From the NCBI GenBank assembly GCA_023818895.1, contig JAMWCX010000003.1:1-32000 (forward strand): a stretch of 32,000 nt of DNA, given 5' to 3'. The notes under the pieces are model-generated. The model was not told where the DNA came from, did no database searches, and saw only the letters and a program-made list of their open reading frames with translations. Every line of letters begins with the position of its first letter. Positions within the stretch are counted from its first letter, which is position 1. The stretch is from Candidatus Omnitrophota bacterium. Lineage in GTDB: Bacteria; Omnitrophota; Gorgyraeia; 2-01-FULL-45-10. Shown here piece after piece: positions 30,589 to 32,000 of this stretch. The position numbers were made by a program, and so were the translations under genes.

Positions 30589-32000
30589 GTGAAAGATGAT
30601 TTCCTCACCCCTACCCAGCTTGCACGTATGATGGGAATATCGCGCCAGGCGGTTATAGACAAGATACAAAAAGGCCTTATAAACGCTACGAGAGTCGGCC
30701 ATCAGTATATTATCGAGAAAAAGGAGCTTGACGGATTAAGAAAGAAGGGTTACGCCATACGCGAGGCGGGCTTAAAGAAGACGGCAAAGTCCGATAAAGA
30801 CAACCGGGAAGATGTTATAAAAATGGTCAAAGATAACGATATCAATACAATCCAGCTCTGGTTTGTCGATATACTGGGCACACTTAAATGCGTCTCCGTA
30901 ACCGCCAGGGACCTTGAAGAGGCCATATATCACGGCAAGGGTTTCGATGGTTCTTCGGTCACCGGTTTCGCTGAGGCGCAAGAATCTGACATAATCGCGA
31001 TGCCGGATGCATCAACCTTCCAGATATTGCCGTGGGAAGAATCCGCCACGCCGGTTGCAAGGCTTTTCTGCGACATACTAAATCCGGACAAAACACCATA
31101 TCCGGGTGACTCCAGATATGCCCTGAAGAGAAACCTTGAGAGAGCCCGAAAGATGGGTTATACCTATTATATAGGGCCGGAGCTAGAATATTTTTATTTC
31201 AAGACCGACAAGGCGCCCGAGATTCTCGATGAGGGAACCTATTTTGAGCTAATACCCAATGATCTTGCCGATGTTGTCAGAAACAAGACCGTGGATGTGC
31301 TGGAAGAAATGGGCATACCGATGGAAGCAAGCCATCACGAAGTAGCGCCATCACAGCACGAGATCGACCTAAAATACAACGAGGCCCTTACGATGGCCGA
31401 CAACATCATAACCGCCCGCTATTGCATAAAGGAGATAGCGAAAGCTCATGGCATATATGCCACTTTCATGCCAAAGCCGCTCTTTGGAGTCAACGGAAGC
31501 GGCATGCATGTCCACCAATCACTTTTCAAAGGAGACAAAAACGCCTTTTACGACAAGAACGACAGCTACCATCTATCCCCTGTCGCCAAGCAATTCATAG
31601 CAGGGCAACTGAGGCACGCCAGAGAGATATGCCTATTGAGCGCGCAATGGGTAAATTCCTACAAGAGGCTTGTGGCAGGATACGAAGCGCCTGTCTACGC
31701 CTCATGGGCGCAACGTAACAGAACGGCATTAATACGGGTTCCTCTATATAGGCCCGGCAACGAAAAGGCCACTAGAGCGGAGCTTCGCTGTCCGGATCCG
31801 TCATGCAATCCTTATCTTGCGTTCGCTGTCATGCTTGCGGCCGGTTTGGAGGGAATAGAGAAAAAATATAAATGCCCTGAACCGGTAGAGCCCAACATCT
31901 ACAAGATGGAGATGTCGGAACGGGAAACCAGAGGCCTTGTAGCGCTTCCTGGAAGCCTTTTCCAGGCTATAACCGAGACCGAAAAAAGCGCCGTAGTCAG
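30589..32000 (+). CDS. glnA: Type I glutamine synthetase with an N-terminal excisionase/MerR-like HTH extension; the 3' end lies beyond the window
   Basis: It is absent from the ORF track because there is no stop in the window. An AAGGAAAGGAG RBS sits 7 nt before the GTG at 30589, and an in-frame stop lies at 30550. I translated codon by codon. The HTH is LTPTQLARMMGISRQAVIDKIQKGLINATRVGHQYIIEKKEL. A linker leads into the GS core: NREDVIKMVKDNDINTIQLWFVDILG, FDGSS, GPELEYF, EASHHEVAPSQHEIDLKY, FMPKPLFGVNGSGMHVHQSLF, NSYKRLVAGYEAP and RVPLYRPG..TRAELRCPDPSCNPYLAFA. Confidence 0.85.
   Translation, partial: MKDDFLTPTQLARMMGISRQAVIDKIQKGLINATRVGHQYIIEKKELDGLRKKGYAIREAGLKKTAKSDKDNREDVIKMVKDNDINTIQLWFVDILGTLKCVSVTARDLEEAIYHGKGFDGSSVTGFAEAQESDIIAMPDASTFQILPWEESATPVARLFCDILNPDKTPYPGDSRYALKRNLERARKMGYTYYIGPELEYFYFKTDKAPEILDEGTYFELIPNDLADVVRNKTVDVLEEMGIPMEASHHEVAPSQHEIDLKYNEALTMADNIITARYCIKEIAKAHGIYATFMPKPLFGVNGSGMHVHQSLFKGDKNAFYDKNDSYHLSPVAKQFIAGQLRHAREICLLSAQWVNSYKRLVAGYEAPVYASWAQRNRTALIRVPLYRPGNEKATRAELRCPDPSCNPYLAFAVMLAAGLEGIEKKYKCPEPVEPNIYKMEMSERETRGLVALPGSLFQAITETEKSAVV

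Noticed and set aside
30427-30981. Minus-strand ORFs 30427-30702 and 30772-30981
   Set aside because: They are antisense to the glnA promoter/HTH region and the GS N-domain. The plus-strand frame has unambiguous GS motifs.
1-32000. CRISPR arrays, tRNA/rRNA genes, IS elements or integrases
   Set aside because: I saw no regularly spaced direct repeats, no T-arm/anticodon-arm patterns and no transposase- or integrase-like ORFs. The only repeats are the adhesin coding repeats and the short intergenic blocks reported above.

Overview
The window looks like it comes from a diderm, anaerobic bacterium. Genes are tightly packed and the intergenic DNA is AT-rich. I found no rRNA, tRNA, CRISPR array or recognisable transposase.

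Left part (1-9.3 kb):
- A two-partner-secretion pair is arranged divergently. The large TpsA exoprotein (1-4172, minus strand) runs off the left edge, and the TpsB transporter is at 5437-7470.
- They are separated by a 1.26-kb AT-rich spacer. This spacer holds a near-consensus promoter and a roughly 200-nt tpsA leader that carries the signature of a c-di-GMP-I (GEMM) riboswitch, followed by two terminator-like hairpins.
- A TonB-dependent receptor (7480-9303, minus strand) converges on tpsB.

Centre and right (9.9-30.4 kb):
- This is one long minus-strand block.
- hypF(C-terminal half only)-hypC-hypD-hypE are followed by a UPF0280/COG2122 gene and a NIL-ferredoxin gene.
- After a hairpin and a promoter comes a 19-gene membrane-bound group-4 [NiFe]-hydrogenase cluster. 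In order it encodes an AsrA/HydB-like and an AsrB/HydG-like NAD(P)H module, a HycB-like polyferredoxin, a HycD/G/NuoC/NuoD/HycC-like core, a complete Mrp antiporter module, an embedded PhoU-like gene, a HycF-like subunit and the HycI protease.
- pabB and pabC follow directly.

Right edge: a glutamine synthetase (30589 to beyond 32000, plus strand) carries an N-terminal excisionase/MerR-type HTH extension.

The most interesting candidate is the hydrogenase. It combines an FHL-type core, an Mrp module and a diaphorase-type (group-3b-style) electron-input module. The place that formate dehydrogenase or CO dehydrogenase occupies in known Mrp-linked hydrogenases is taken here by the NAD(P)H module.

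All calls rest on reading the translations and the DNA by eye. No database search was run.
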